Below, piece after piece: positions 49,158-58,938 of a DNA stretch of 64,000 nt. Source of the stretch: Candidatus Kapaibacterium sp. Its GTDB lineage: Bacteria > Bacteroidota > Ignavibacteria > Kapaibacteriales > UBA2268. Under the pieces are notes generated by a model. It did no database searches and was not told the DNA's origin. It saw nothing but the letters and a program-made list of their open reading frames with translations. The stretch is taken from the NCBI GenBank assembly GCA_963664875.1, contig OY761611.1, positions 32,001 through 96,000 on the forward strand, read 5' to 3'. Position 1 is the first letter of the stretch. Each line of letters begins with the position of its first letter. The position numbers and the translations under genes are program-made.

Positions 49158-50474
49158 ATGGGAAAATATCAAATCAAAGATGCCAATGGAAAACTTGGGG
49201 TATTGGTCGTAGGTATGAACGGTGCGGTAGCATCTACTTTTATTGCCGGTGTTTTATCAATTCGTAAAGGTTTGACTAAACCTATCGGTTCTGTTTCGCA
49301 GATGCAAACTATCAGAATCGGTAAAAGAATTGATAATAACTTCCCACTTATTAAAGATTTTGCTCCTTTAGCAAAATTGGAAGACATCGTATTTGGTGGT
49401 TGGGATATCGAAAATAAAGATATGTACGAAGCGACTTCCTCAAACGGTGTTTTGACAGAAAAAGATGTTGATGCTGTTAAAGATGAATTGCAACAGTTGC
49501 ACTGTATGCCTGCTGTTTTCGAGCAACGCTATGTGCTAAAACTTAATGGTGAGTTCGTAAAAAAAGGCGAAACTAAAGAAGATCTTGCTAATCAGCTTAG
49601 AGAAGATATTCGCAAATTTAAGCAAGAAAATGGTATTGACCGTATGGTAATGGTATGGTGCGGTTCTACTGAAGTTTATATGCAGATAAGCGATGTACAC
49701 CAAACTCTTGCAGCTTTTGAGCAAGGTTTGAAAGATAACCATGCCGGGATCTCTCCTTCTATGATTTATGCTTATGCTGCATTGAAAGAAGGCGTGCCTT
49801 ATGTAAACGGTGCTCCAAACTTGACTGTAGATATGCCTGCTATGATGGAACTTGCAGATTTGACTAAAATGCCGATTTCCGGTAAAGACTTCAAAACAGG
49901 TCAAACTCTAATCAAAACTGTGATTTCTCCTATGCTTAAAGCAAGAATGATTGGTCTTCGTGGCTGGTTTTCTACTAATATTCTTGGCAACAGAGACGGT
50001 GAAGTATTGGACGATCCTGAATCATTCAAAACAAAAGAGCAATCTAAACTATCTGTTATCGATTCTATTATTCAACCGGAATTGTATCCTGACTTATATA
50101 AAGATTACTACCATAAAGTCAGAATAAATTACTATCCGCCAAAAGGCGACAACAAAGAAGGTTGGGATCAAATTGATATATTCGGCTGGATGGGCTACCC
50201 AATGGAGTTGAAAATCAACTTCCTTTGCCGTGACTCTATCTTAGCTGCACCGATTGCACTTGATTTGGTTCTTTTCACTGATCTTGCAATGAGAGCAGGA
50301 ATGTACGGCATACAGGAATGGTTGTCATTCTACTTGAAGAGCCCAATGCACAGACCAAATGTTGTGCCTGAAAATGACCTCTTTATCCAGTTAATCAAAC
50401 TTAAAAACACTTTGAGATTGATGATGGGAGAAGAAGTAGTTACTCACGTTGAAGAGCAGGCTGACGAAATCTAA
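49158..50474 (+). CDS. ino1: myo-inositol-1-phosphate synthase
   Basis: FGGWD, WCGSTE, NGAP, GKDFKTGQT, NILGNRDG, RDSILAAP, LSFYLKSP; GAGGT before ATG at 49158. Confidence 0.95.
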   Translation: MGKYQIKDANGKLGVLVVGMNGAVASTFIAGVLSIRKGLTKPIGSVSQMQTIRIGKRIDNNFPLIKDFAPLAKLEDIVFGGWDIENKDMYEATSSNGVLTEKDVDAVKDELQQLHCMPAVFEQRYVLKLNGEFVKKGETKEDLANQLREDIRKFKQENGIDRMVMVWCGSTEVYMQISDVHQTLAAFEQGLKDNHAGISPSMIYAYAALKEGVPYVNGAPNLTVDMPAMMELADLTKMPISGKDFKTGQTLIKTVISPMLKARMIGLRGWFSTNILGNRDGEVLDDPESFKTKEQSKLSVIDSIIQPELYPDLYKDYYHKVRINYYPPKGDNKEGWDQIDIFGWMGYPMELKINFLCRDSILAAPIALDLVLFTDLAMRAGMYGIQEWLSFYLKSPMHRPNVVPENDLFIQLIKLKNTLRLMMGEEVVTHVEEQADEI

Positions 50475-50487
50475 TTTATTTTTCTAT

Positions 50488-50519
50488 TGCATCCGGCGTT
50501 GAATATAGCGCCGGGTGCA
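50488..50519. other. GC-rich hairpin after ino1 without a T-tract
   Basis: tgcatccggcgtt...agcgccgggtgca, followed by gtaggtt. Confidence 0.6.
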
Positions 50520-50694
50520 GTAGGTTATGAAGTAGCAAGATTATAGAGCGACAGAATTGTGAGCCGAAACGTACATGTAAATTGTAGCTTTGCGGTGTTT
50601 TTCCACTTCACCACGCTTTCAACGTGCTACACTCAAGAGGTGAATTGAGAATGATTAGTGTTACGTAGTGGTGATAATATTGAGTGCAAAAGCT

Positions 50695-50819
50695 CACTGA
50701 GCGAGCGTAGCGAGTCGAAGTGTGATTCTCATCCGTAGGCTTACTTTCTCTCAAGCTTAGGGTACTTTGTTCTCAACCGTAGTGTTTTTTTCTTCTCAAC
50801 CGTAGGGTTAACCCTACGG
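50695..50819. repeat. REP-like cluster: cactgagcg...gtcgaagtg unit, four 22-23-nt tandem repeats, perfect 20-bp palindrome
   Basis: tctcaWccgtagg-like units start at 50727, 50749, 50771, 50794; ccgtagggtt/aaccctacgg at 50800-50819. Confidence 0.7.
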
Positions 50820-50907
50820 CTGATTTCTTTCAAAATTGGCTTTTTACTTTTTAACAAACATTAAACTGACTAAATTTTTTTACTCTTTCTAAGATGAAAG
50901 TTTACAA

Positions 50908-52290
50908 ATGAAACAAAAAGCAATGACAAGAGGTATTATCTATATAGTTCTATTAGCACTTTTTCAAGTGTCGGTAAGTTTTTCTGAGGAGCTTGATTTA
51001 CAAACTTTCTTAGAAAAGGCTATTGAACATAAAGGAATTGAAAAAAGGTTTGAGCTGCAAAAGCAAAAATCTGAAATGACTAAAGATGAAGTGCAAAGCC
51101 TTAAAATTTTGCCTGATGTGTCCTTGGAGCTTAGAGGTGGCATTGTACCTGAAGCGAGAGGAAATGTAAACTACTCACCCGACGAAGCAACAGATTTGGA
51201 AGGGTGGGGGCCGTTCTTTCAAAGCGAGATTAAATTTGTGCAACCGCTTTATACATTTGGTAGAATAAGCAATGCTGAAAGTGGAGCTGATTTTTTGATT
51301 CAGTCAGAAACTGCAAAGTATGAGTCTGAGAAAGCAGAATTGAAAAAGATTCTGATTGATTTATATTTTTCGACAGCTGCTGCATACAAAGCAAGCCTTA
51401 TAGCCGGCGAAGTAGAATCAGGAATGTCAAAGTTGATGGAAGAAATCGAAAAAGAACTTGAGAAAGATGATTCAGAGATTGACGACGGCGACGTCCTCGA
51501 AGCTAAAAGCTTTAGATATGTTGTTGATGAAATAGTTGAAAATAGCAAAAAGAACAAAAAATCAGGAATTTATGCAGTTAACCTTGCTTCGGGAATTGAA
51601 CTTACTGACACTGCTAAAGTAGAAAATGCAATTCCTGAGTTTGATTTTGGATTAATATCCTTTCAAAATATATGGGATTATGCTGAAAATAACAACAAGC
51701 AGATACAGCAGATAGCTTACGGTTTGAAAGCAATGGATAGTAAAATTGAGATGAGTAATTCTGAAAAGTATCCTATGCTATACCTTGCAGGTGGAATAAT
51801 GTACGGAATTGCTCCTAATAGAGATGATCAGAAAAATCCATTTGTTTATGATCCTTTCAATTATCTCACTGCCGGAGCTTTTGTAGGGATGAAATGGAAT
51901 ATGAATCTTTTCAGAACAGGCATAGCAGAAAAGAAAGATGAACTATCTAAAGCAATTTTAAGCGAAGAAGAGCAACTTCTAATAAGTCAGAAAAAAGCAG
52001 AGCTTTATGATTTGTATTTAGATGTGCAAAAAGACTATAAGCTTTTAGAATCTGTTGATAAATCAGAAAAAGACGCAAGAGCCTGGCTGACTATGAGCTT
52101 TGATAATTGGGAAATGGGAATAGGTGACCCAGAAAAACTAATCAAAGCATATAAGACATACTTTCAGCTAAAAGGCCAAAACGTGCAAAAACAGTTAGAT
52201 GTGCAAAAGAAACTTACAAAACTTGCAAATGAAATAGGAAATATTGAGCTAATAATCAAATGGGTGAAAAATGGAAAAGTTATTCTCTAA
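50908..52290 (+). CDS. TolC-family outer membrane efflux protein
   Basis: Signal peptide; LPDVSL, QPLYTFG, YPMLYL, W.MNLF repeat pattern. Confidence 0.88.
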   Translation: MKQKAMTRGIIYIVLLALFQVSVSFSEELDLQTFLEKAIEHKGIEKRFELQKQKSEMTKDEVQSLKILPDVSLELRGGIVPEARGNVNYSPDEATDLEGWGPFFQSEIKFVQPLYTFGRISNAESGADFLIQSETAKYESEKAELKKILIDLYFSTAAAYKASLIAGEVESGMSKLMEEIEKELEKDDSEIDDGDVLEAKSFRYVVDEIVENSKKNKKSGIYAVNLASGIELTDTAKVENAIPEFDFGLISFQNIWDYAENNNKQIQQIAYGLKAMDSKIEMSNSEKYPMLYLAGGIMYGIAPNRDDQKNPFVYDPFNYLTAGAFVGMKWNMNLFRTGIAEKKDELSKAILSEEEQLLISQKKAELYDLYLDVQKDYKLLESVDKSEKDARAWLTMSFDNWEMGIGDPEKLIKAYKTYFQLKGQNVQKQLDVQKKLTKLANEIGNIELIIKWVKNGKVIL

Positions 52291-52864
52291 AATCTCGACA
52301 ACATTGTTGCTTTTAGCTGTTCTAGCTATTAGTGCTTATGCTGCAGACAGCCCAATGGATGTTGTAAAAAAATCCAACGATAAAGTATCTGCTATCAATG
52401 CAAAAAGTTCGAAACTCGACGATAAAGCAAAAAAACAGATGCTGGATGTGATTGGCTCAGTTACCAGTTGGTCTGAAATCAGCGGAGAAGTTGCATCAAA
52501 ACTGAGAGGTCTAACACCACAACAGCAAAAAGAATTTAAAGAAAAATTTGAAGAATTGCTCAGGATATCTTCTGTTAATAAATTAGGCAGATATAGAGCT
52601 GACGGATTCGAATATGTAGAAGAAAAAATAGACGGAGACAAAGCAACTGTCAAAACTTTGGCACTCTACAAAAAAGAGAAAGTAGAGCTTGTCTATGAAC
52701 TCAAAAAAATTGCCGGTAAATGGATGATAGTAAATTATATAGTTGATGGAGTGGATACTATCAGAAACTATCAAAAGCAATTTTCTAGGCTTCTTAAAAA
52801 GAAAGACTTCAACGGAATTATCGAAGTGCTTGACAAAAACATCCAAGAATCTAAAAGCGAATAA
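52271..52864 (+). CDS. MlaC/Ttg2D (HpnM-like) periplasmic lipid-binding protein
   Basis: Signal peptide; LTPQQQKEFKEKF; WMIVNYIVDGVDTIRNYQKQF. Confidence 0.85.
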   Translation: MEKLFSKISTTLLLLAVLAISAYAADSPMDVVKKSNDKVSAINAKSSKLDDKAKKQMLDVIGSVTSWSEISGEVASKLRGLTPQQQKEFKEKFEELLRISSVNKLGRYRADGFEYVEEKIDGDKATVKTLALYKKEKVELVYELKKIAGKWMIVNYIVDGVDTIRNYQKQFSRLLKKKDFNGIIEVLDKNIQESKSE

Positions 52865-52866
52865 TC

Positions 52867-55245
52867 ATGAAAAAAATATATCAGAAGATAATTGATTATA
52901 TAATTGGTATATCAGTCAGAAAGCCATGGTTGATGCTCGGATTTGTTATTCTTATAACTGTACCAGCCGCTTATTTGCTGAAGGATATTAAAGTAGATAC
53001 TAATCTTATCAAGCTCCTTCCAAAGCATGCAAAAGCTGCAGTAGCCACTCGCGAGTTGGAAGAAATGGTTGGAGACGGGGGACACTTTATTGTTTTATTT
53101 GAAGGAGACAATAGAGAGAGCCTGATTAAAGCAGTAGAATATACTGCTACCGAAATGAAAAAAATTGATGAGCTCCAAGACGTTCATTATAAATGGCCTA
53201 CTGAGTTTTTGCAGAAATACAGATATTCTCTTTTGCCAACCGAATATTTGGACAAAATGTATGAACAGCTAATCCAATGGGAAGCTAAAGTCAATCCTTT
53301 TGTCGATAATATGCTGGTTGAAGAAAAGAAAGAAATGACTCACGGCGACAAAGAAGACGAGCAGGATCTAAAAATACTAATCCAACAATATCAGCACATG
53401 ACAGAGTATCACGAAAGTGCTGACGGAAAGATTTTTGGAATTTTGGCTCCAACTGCCAAAGGCGTTACGAATATTGGTGCTATAAAAAAAATCAAAGAGC
53501 AAATTAAAGCTATATCGGACGAGGCATCAAAAAAATACGGTGTATGGTCAGGAATTACAGGCAATCACCAAAATAAACTGAATGAATATGATATTATCAT
53601 GTTTGATTTGAATCAGTCATCTATTATTGCCGGGATTCTGATTATTCTTGTTCTTCTTATTAGCTATCGAGCCATTTCACCGATTTTTGTGACTATCTTG
53701 CCGCTAATAATAGGCTTGGTGTGGGCATTCGCTTTAGTGCCACATTATGTAGGCCCGCTTAATCTGATAACTGCATTTTTACTTTTAATCTTATTTGGTA
53801 TGGGTATAGATTATGCTATACACATAGTAAAAAGATTTCAGCTCGAATCCAATAAAACATCGCTCGAAGAAGCACTTCGCGAGACATACCATTCCACAGG
53901 TGTGGCGGTTGGACTTTCAGGTCTGACCACGGGTATCTCTCTAAGTATATTGGCTTTATCTGATTTTCGAGGTTTTTCAGAATTTGGAATAATCAGTGCC
54001 TTAGCCATCTTTATGGTACTAATGGCAATGTACTTGGCTTTGCCCGTCTTTATCGTACTTTTTGCCAGATTTAAAGGTATGCACAAAATGCCTATGGTCA
54101 GGAAACGAGTGTTCCTTCCAAATAAAGCTGCAACTGCAATTATAAGTGTTTTTGTGCTTGCTTCTATGCTGTATGCCGCCTTTAACCTGACTTTTGACTA
54201 CAATCTTGCCAATATGAACTTTGATAATCAAAAAATAGTGAATGTCGAAGAACTCAAACAGAAGCAGGGTAAGGTATATTCTAACTCTATGGGAGTAGCT
54301 GCCATTTTGCTTGCTCCTTCCGTTGAGGAAGTAGATCACTTAAAGCAGCAACTTTATGATGCAAAAAGTAAAGACAGCTCAAGCCTGATTGGCAGAATCC
54401 GTTCTATTAGGGACTATGCACCAAGTGAAGCAGATTTTGAAGAGAAACTGTTTTTAATTGAAGATATCAAAGATCAGGTATCAGGCAAGTGGACTCAGCG
54501 AATCGAAGACGCAGATCTTAAATCCATGATTGCTGATTTTATTGCATGGGAGCCACCAACTGCTCCGCCTACTATAGAAGAAATACCAAATATCATAAAA
54601 GCCAATTACGTTAGTCGCAATGGTACAGGTCATTTTCTTGTAACAGTAAATCCGAGTGAGGAAAGAAAAGACGGACGTAATGCTATGGCTTTTACTGATG
54701 ATTTATACTCAGTCAGTATGGATAAGTCTGTAAAAGGGCCAATAGGAGAGACAGTAGTTTTCGCTGAGGTACTGAAACTTGTTACAAGTGAAAGCTGGTG
54801 GATTGCTCTTGCAACATTTGCAGGAGTTGTGATTTTGATATTTCTAAATAATCACTCAGTTAAAAGAACTTTAGTTGTTCTTGTACCTTTGGTCGCTGGG
54901 ATGATGCTTACATTTGGAATTTTTGCACTTGCCGGATTTAAGCTTACTTTCTTTAATATGGTTGTAATTCCTGCACTCCTTGGCATGGGGGTAGATGGAG
55001 GGATACATTATGTACAAAGATGGTTTGAAGTAAATCGCGATACAGATGCTACACAAAAAGAGCTTTTCGAGCCGCTCTCTTTGGCGATTGTTACAACAAT
55101 GCTCGGTTATTCGGGAATGATGTTTGCAAATCATTCCGGTATCAGCTCAATTGGTAATTTTGCTGTTATCGGTTTGGGGTTGATTTGGTTTGCTACATTA
55201 GTATTTTTACCGGGAATTTTAAAAATGTTTGAACGCAAAAACTAA
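52867..55245 (+). CDS. MMPL/RND-family lipid transporter
   Basis: Two repeats with GMGIDYAIH / GMGVDGGIH, SGLTT, FRGFSEFG. Confidence 0.92.
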   Translation: MKKIYQKIIDYIIGISVRKPWLMLGFVILITVPAAYLLKDIKVDTNLIKLLPKHAKAAVATRELEEMVGDGGHFIVLFEGDNRESLIKAVEYTATEMKKIDELQDVHYKWPTEFLQKYRYSLLPTEYLDKMYEQLIQWEAKVNPFVDNMLVEEKKEMTHGDKEDEQDLKILIQQYQHMTEYHESADGKIFGILAPTAKGVTNIGAIKKIKEQIKAISDEASKKYGVWSGITGNHQNKLNEYDIIMFDLNQSSIIAGILIILVLLISYRAISPIFVTILPLIIGLVWAFALVPHYVGPLNLITAFLLLILFGMGIDYAIHIVKRFQLESNKTSLEEALRETYHSTGVAVGLSGLTTGISLSILALSDFRGFSEFGIISALAIFMVLMAMYLALPVFIVLFARFKGMHKMPMVRKRVFLPNKAATAIISVFVLASMLYAAFNLTFDYNLANMNFDNQKIVNVEELKQKQGKVYSNSMGVAAILLAPSVEEVDHLKQQLYDAKSKDSSSLIGRIRSIRDYAPSEADFEEKLFLIEDIKDQVSGKWTQRIEDADLKSMIADFIAWEPPTAPPTIEEIPNIIKANYVSRNGTGHFLVTVNPSEERKDGRNAMAFTDDLYSVSMDKSVKGPIGETVVFAEVLKLVTSESWWIALATFAGVVILIFLNNHSVKRTLVVLVPLVAGMMLTFGIFALAGFKLTFFNMVVIPALLGMGVDGGIHYVQRWFEVNRDTDATQKELFEPLSLAIVTTMLGYSGMMFANHSGISSIGNFAVIGLGLIWFATLVFLPGILKMFERKN

Positions 55246-55263
55246 AAATAAGTGGTTGGTGTT

Positions 55264-55986
55264 ATGGGTCGTAAACCAAATACAGAAGTTAAAGAAAGAA
55301 TACTCAATACTGCAATTACATTGATCGCAGAGAGGGGATACAATGCAGTTGGAGTAAGAGAGATAGCAAAAAACGCAGATGTGTCTATCTCCATGATATC
55401 TTACTATTTTAACGGAAAGATGGGGATTTTGAAAGAAATCCTTAATATGTTTTTTGATAAATATTTGCAAATGCTTGAGGATACGGTTGATAACGAACTG
55501 ACACCAAACGACAATTTGCAAAATCTTTTTGTCAATATTTCTAAACTAATTTCTGAAAATCATGATATTTGTAAGATAGTGTTTTTGGCTATTCCGCACG
55601 ATAATCAAGAGCTTCAGGAGTTTAAGTTAGAGAAAATCCCATGCCTTATCAATCCTTCTCTGAAATTGTATCAGTCTCTAGGGTTCGATATTGAAGATAA
55701 GGTTAGGTTTAGTATCGTCGGACCTACAATTTCTCATATGCTTTTTTCTCACTTTTTCAATAAACCAATAATGAAAGAAGTTTTGGGATATGACGTTGAT
55801 TTAAGCACAAAAAATATCTATACTGAAACTATGGTTGATTTGTTCCTCGACGGTATGAATGGGGTGATTAAAAAACAAAGAGCTGAGAAAAAACAAGACT
55901 TAAAAGAAGAGTTGAAAGTAAACGAAGAATTGTGGCAAGGGAAAACAGCTCTACAAGTAGAAAAGGCTAAAGAAAGCATAGTATAA
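55264..55986 (+). CDS. TetR/AcrR-family regulator
   Basis: KERILNTAITLIAERGYNAVGVREIAKNADVSISMISYYFNGK. Confidence 0.93.
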   Translation: MGRKPNTEVKERILNTAITLIAERGYNAVGVREIAKNADVSISMISYYFNGKMGILKEILNMFFDKYLQMLEDTVDNELTPNDNLQNLFVNISKLISENHDICKIVFLAIPHDNQELQEFKLEKIPCLINPSLKLYQSLGFDIEDKVRFSIVGPTISHMLFSHFFNKPIMKEVLGYDVDLSTKNIYTETMVDLFLDGMNGVIKKQRAEKKQDLKEELKVNEELWQGKTALQVEKAKESIV

Positions 55987-56007
55987 AGTGCCGGAAGCAT
56001 TCTTTAT

Positions 56008-56055
56008 GAACAAGGGTCTTTATCCAATCTAATGAAATCGGATTTGCCCTTGTTC
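56008..56055. terminator. Possible terminator hairpin between convergent genes
   Basis: gaacaaggg...cccttgttc imperfect stem. Confidence 0.45.
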
Positions 56056-56086
56056 TCTTATATAGTTTTCATATACTTTTGTCGGA

Positions 56087-57184
56087 TTATTTTGCTATAG
56101 GGAATGTAACTCTGACGTTAGTATATCTTCCCGGTTCGCTGACGATTTGAAAATTGCCGTTGTGTAGTTCTGTAATCCTTTTGGCTATAGCAACTCCAAG
56201 CCCATTGCCCTGCTGCTCGTAAACTTTTCTTTCAAACTGAACGTAAGCACCAAGATTGTCTATCTGTGCTTTTGTCATACCTCTACCAAAATCGGTAAAT
56301 TCAATTACATATTTGTTTTTGGAAGCAGTAGCGATAACTTTTATATCTGTTCCTTTGTCTGAAAATTTGAGGCAGTTATCAATTATTTCTTCTACTACTT
56401 TCATCAGATACTCTTCGCTGATGGCAAGAACTGTTTCGTCAATGTCGTATTTAATATCTTCAGTTCTGTCATAGACAGAAGCTTTGTAAAGTACTATTTC
56501 TTTAACAAAGAAGTCTGAAATATGTAGCCTGTGAGCTAATAAATCTTCCATTTCGTGCTTGTTAGTAGCTAATATTTCCAAATTTGCATAATAGAGGTAA
56601 TTTTCAAATAGTCTATGAAGCCTTTGAGCACCGTCATAGATATTAGAAAGCATATCTTTTGCATCTTCGGGTGTAGCATTGTCGTAATTGTTTTTCAGAA
56701 ATTCGGACAAGCCCAAAATAATATTAAGTGGGGTTCTGATTTCATGTGGTATTGCGCGTCGAATGTTCGAACGCAAATCTTCCATTTTTCTGTTATATGC
56801 TTTTTCATTTATTTCTTTTTTTCTCAATCTGACTTCAACTGCAGATAGCAATTCATCAATATCATAAGGTTTTGTGATATAATGGTCAGCACCAAGATTC
56901 ATGCCGTCTCTGATGTCAAATTTTTCTGATTTGGCAGAAAGAAATAGAAAAGGAATCACTGCAGTTACTGGCTCTTTTTGTAACTCTTTCAAGACATCAA
57001 AACCGCTTAGCTTCGGCATCATAATATCCGAAATAATCAGGTCAGGCAGCACTTCTTGTGCTCTTAGGAGGCCTTGCTCGCCATTAGCCGCATCGATTAC
57101 ATCATATCCGGTCAGCTGCAAAGTCCTAACAAGATCCTGCCTTATAAGTTCTTCGTCTTCAATGACCAGTATAACTTTATTCAT
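56087..57184 (-). CDS. Hybrid response regulator-histidine kinase
   Basis: REC (SDIMMP), PHEIRTPL, DNCLKF, DFGRGM, GNGLG. Confidence 0.92.
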   Translation of the reverse strand: MNKVILVIEDEELIRQDLVRTLQLTGYDVIDAANGEQGLLRAQEVLPDLIISDIMMPKLSGFDVLKELQKEPVTAVIPFLFLSAKSEKFDIRDGMNLGADHYITKPYDIDELLSAVEVRLRKKEINEKAYNRKMEDLRSNIRRAIPHEIRTPLNIILGLSEFLKNNYDNATPEDAKDMLSNIYDGAQRLHRLFENYLYYANLEILATNKHEMEDLLAHRLHISDFFVKEIVLYKASVYDRTEDIKYDIDETVLAISEEYLMKVVEEIIDNCLKFSDKGTDIKVIATASKNKYVIEFTDFGRGMTKAQIDNLGAYVQFERKVYEQQGNGLGVAIAKRITELHNGNFQIVSEPGRYTNVRVTFPIAK

Positions 57185-57192
57185 ATTACACC

Positions 57193-58938
57193 TTAGAGAT
57201 TATTAGGGATTCTGAAAGTGAAAGTAGAGCCGATATTTTTTCTGCTCTTGACTTCTATTTTTCCGTTTAGCTGTTTAATAGATTGCAATACAACAGCCAT
57301 GCCAAGACCTGTGCCTGAGATAGTTCCGACATTGTCAGCTCTGTAAAACAAATCAAAAATCTTTTCCTGCTCATCCTCAGGAATGCCGATACCAAAATCC
57401 TCAACTGAAATGACTGCAATATCTCTGAAGACAGCAGCATCAATATTGACATGTTTTGATTCATCTGAATATTTGAGAGCATTTGTAATCAGATTAAGCA
57501 AAATCAGTCGAAGCAGTTTGTCGTCAGTATTCAAGTAGTCTTCTTCTGTAGATATTTTGATGTTGACAGTTCTTCCTTTGCCAAGTGTAAGTTTTAAATC
57601 GTTGACCAGCATGGAAATAAAATCTTTTAACTTGATTTTGGACAATCTGATATGTTTGTTTTGCTCGTCTTTTCCGATATAAATCACATTTTCAATCAAA
57701 TCAGTCATAATATCCACTGTTTTCATGATTCTGCTGAGATAGTCCTTTTTCTCTTCTTCAGAAAGACGTACAAAAAACTTATCTAAAAGCTGAGCTGCAG
57801 ATTTAATTATTGTTAGCGGAGTTCTGAACTCGTGCGATACCATACTTACAAATTTAGACTTCATCTCATTGAGTTCTTTTTCGGCTGCAAGCATTTTTCG
57901 AGCTTCTGATTCAGCTCTTTCGCGAATTCTGATTTCTTCTTTTAGCTTATGAATAAGCAGTTGCAAATCTTCAGTTCTCTCTTCCACTTTTAGTTCGAGT
58001 ATTTCGTTAGATTTGCGTAATTGGTTTTCTCTTTGCTTTCTGTCCGAAATATCAACAAAACTTTCTATAAAAAACTTTTGAGTGCCAAGATTGATAGAAG
58101 ATATAGTCCTCAGGATTGGCAGAGTCTTTTTATTGGTTTTTAGTTCAGATTCGAAGTTTGTGAAACTGTTTCTGGAATCCCCGGAAAAATGCACTGTAGA
58201 TAAGAATTTTTCTCGTTTTGAGCCAAGGATTTCATTTTCAGGTAGTCCGATCATAGTCTCGCCAACAGGATTAATTCTGATTATGTAATCAGTATCAGCG
58301 TCAATTACCATGATACCTGAATGAACCGAGTCGAAAATAGTGCGAAGTTCGCGTCGGCTTTTAGCAAGATCCATCGTCCTTTCTGCAACTTTCTGCTCTA
58401 ATATAAGTTTTGAGCGATTGAGGTTGATAAAAAGCTTGGTGTTTTCAAGTGAACCTGCAAATAATCCGGCATGCAGAGAGCATAATTTTAATAAATCTAT
58501 ATCAAAATCGCTTTCTTCACATTTTAGTAAAATCAAGACTAAGCCCAAAACACCCCAGGAAGCTTTTAGCGGTATTACAAGTGCTGTACTAAAGCTCTTT
58601 ATTGGTTCGTTTTGTAGTGAATACAAATGAATTTTACCTGATTCAAGTACTTTGCCTATGTTGCCGTTATCAATGAAATCAGAATAGATTGTTTCCAAAC
58701 TGTCACTAAATTCTTCTGGCAGGCATAGGTTTTGTTCAAATTCAAAACTTGTGTCATTAAGAAGGTAAAAAGAGGAAATATTATCATAAGGGAGTTTTGA
58801 GAAAACTTTAATACCATCTGCAATAACAAGGTTAATGCGTTCGGTATAAGCTCTGTTTTTGACATATTGTTCTATATCGTGCAAAAATGATGCACAAACA
58901 GCAGACATATAAGTTATATTTTCTCGTTCCTGTCTCAA
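57193..58938 (-). CDS. GAF/PAS sensor histidine kinase
   Basis: SHEFRTPL, NLITNALKYS, DFGIGI, GTGLG; PAS-like segment. Confidence 0.9.
   Translation of the reverse strand: MRQERENITYMSAVCASFLHDIEQYVKNRAYTERINLVIADGIKVFSKLPYDNISSFYLLNDTSFEFEQNLCLPEEFSDSLETIYSDFIDNGNIGKVLESGKIHLYSLQNEPIKSFSTALVIPLKASWGVLGLVLILLKCEESDFDIDLLKLCSLHAGLFAGSLENTKLFINLNRSKLILEQKVAERTMDLAKSRRELRTIFDSVHSGIMVIDADTDYIIRINPVGETMIGLPENEILGSKREKFLSTVHFSGDSRNSFTNFESELKTNKKTLPILRTISSINLGTQKFFIESFVDISDRKQRENQLRKSNEILELKVEERTEDLQLLIHKLKEEIRIRERAESEARKMLAAEKELNEMKSKFVSMVSHEFRTPLTIIKSAAQLLDKFFVRLSEEEKKDYLSRIMKTVDIMTDLIENVIYIGKDEQNKHIRLSKIKLKDFISMLVNDLKLTLGKGRTVNIKISTEEDYLNTDDKLLRLILLNLITNALKYSDESKHVNIDAAVFRDIAVISVEDFGIGIPEDEQEKIFDLFYRADNVGTISGTGLGMAVVLQSIKQLNGKIEVKSRKNIGSTFTFRIPNNL

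Noticed and set aside
50488-50519. Hairpin after ino1 as an intrinsic terminator
   Set aside because: No T-tract follows on either strand; kept only as a hairpin
50727-50819. Possible mini-CRISPR array
   Set aside because: A period of 22-23 nt leaves no room for spacers; repeats are degenerate; no cas genes in the window
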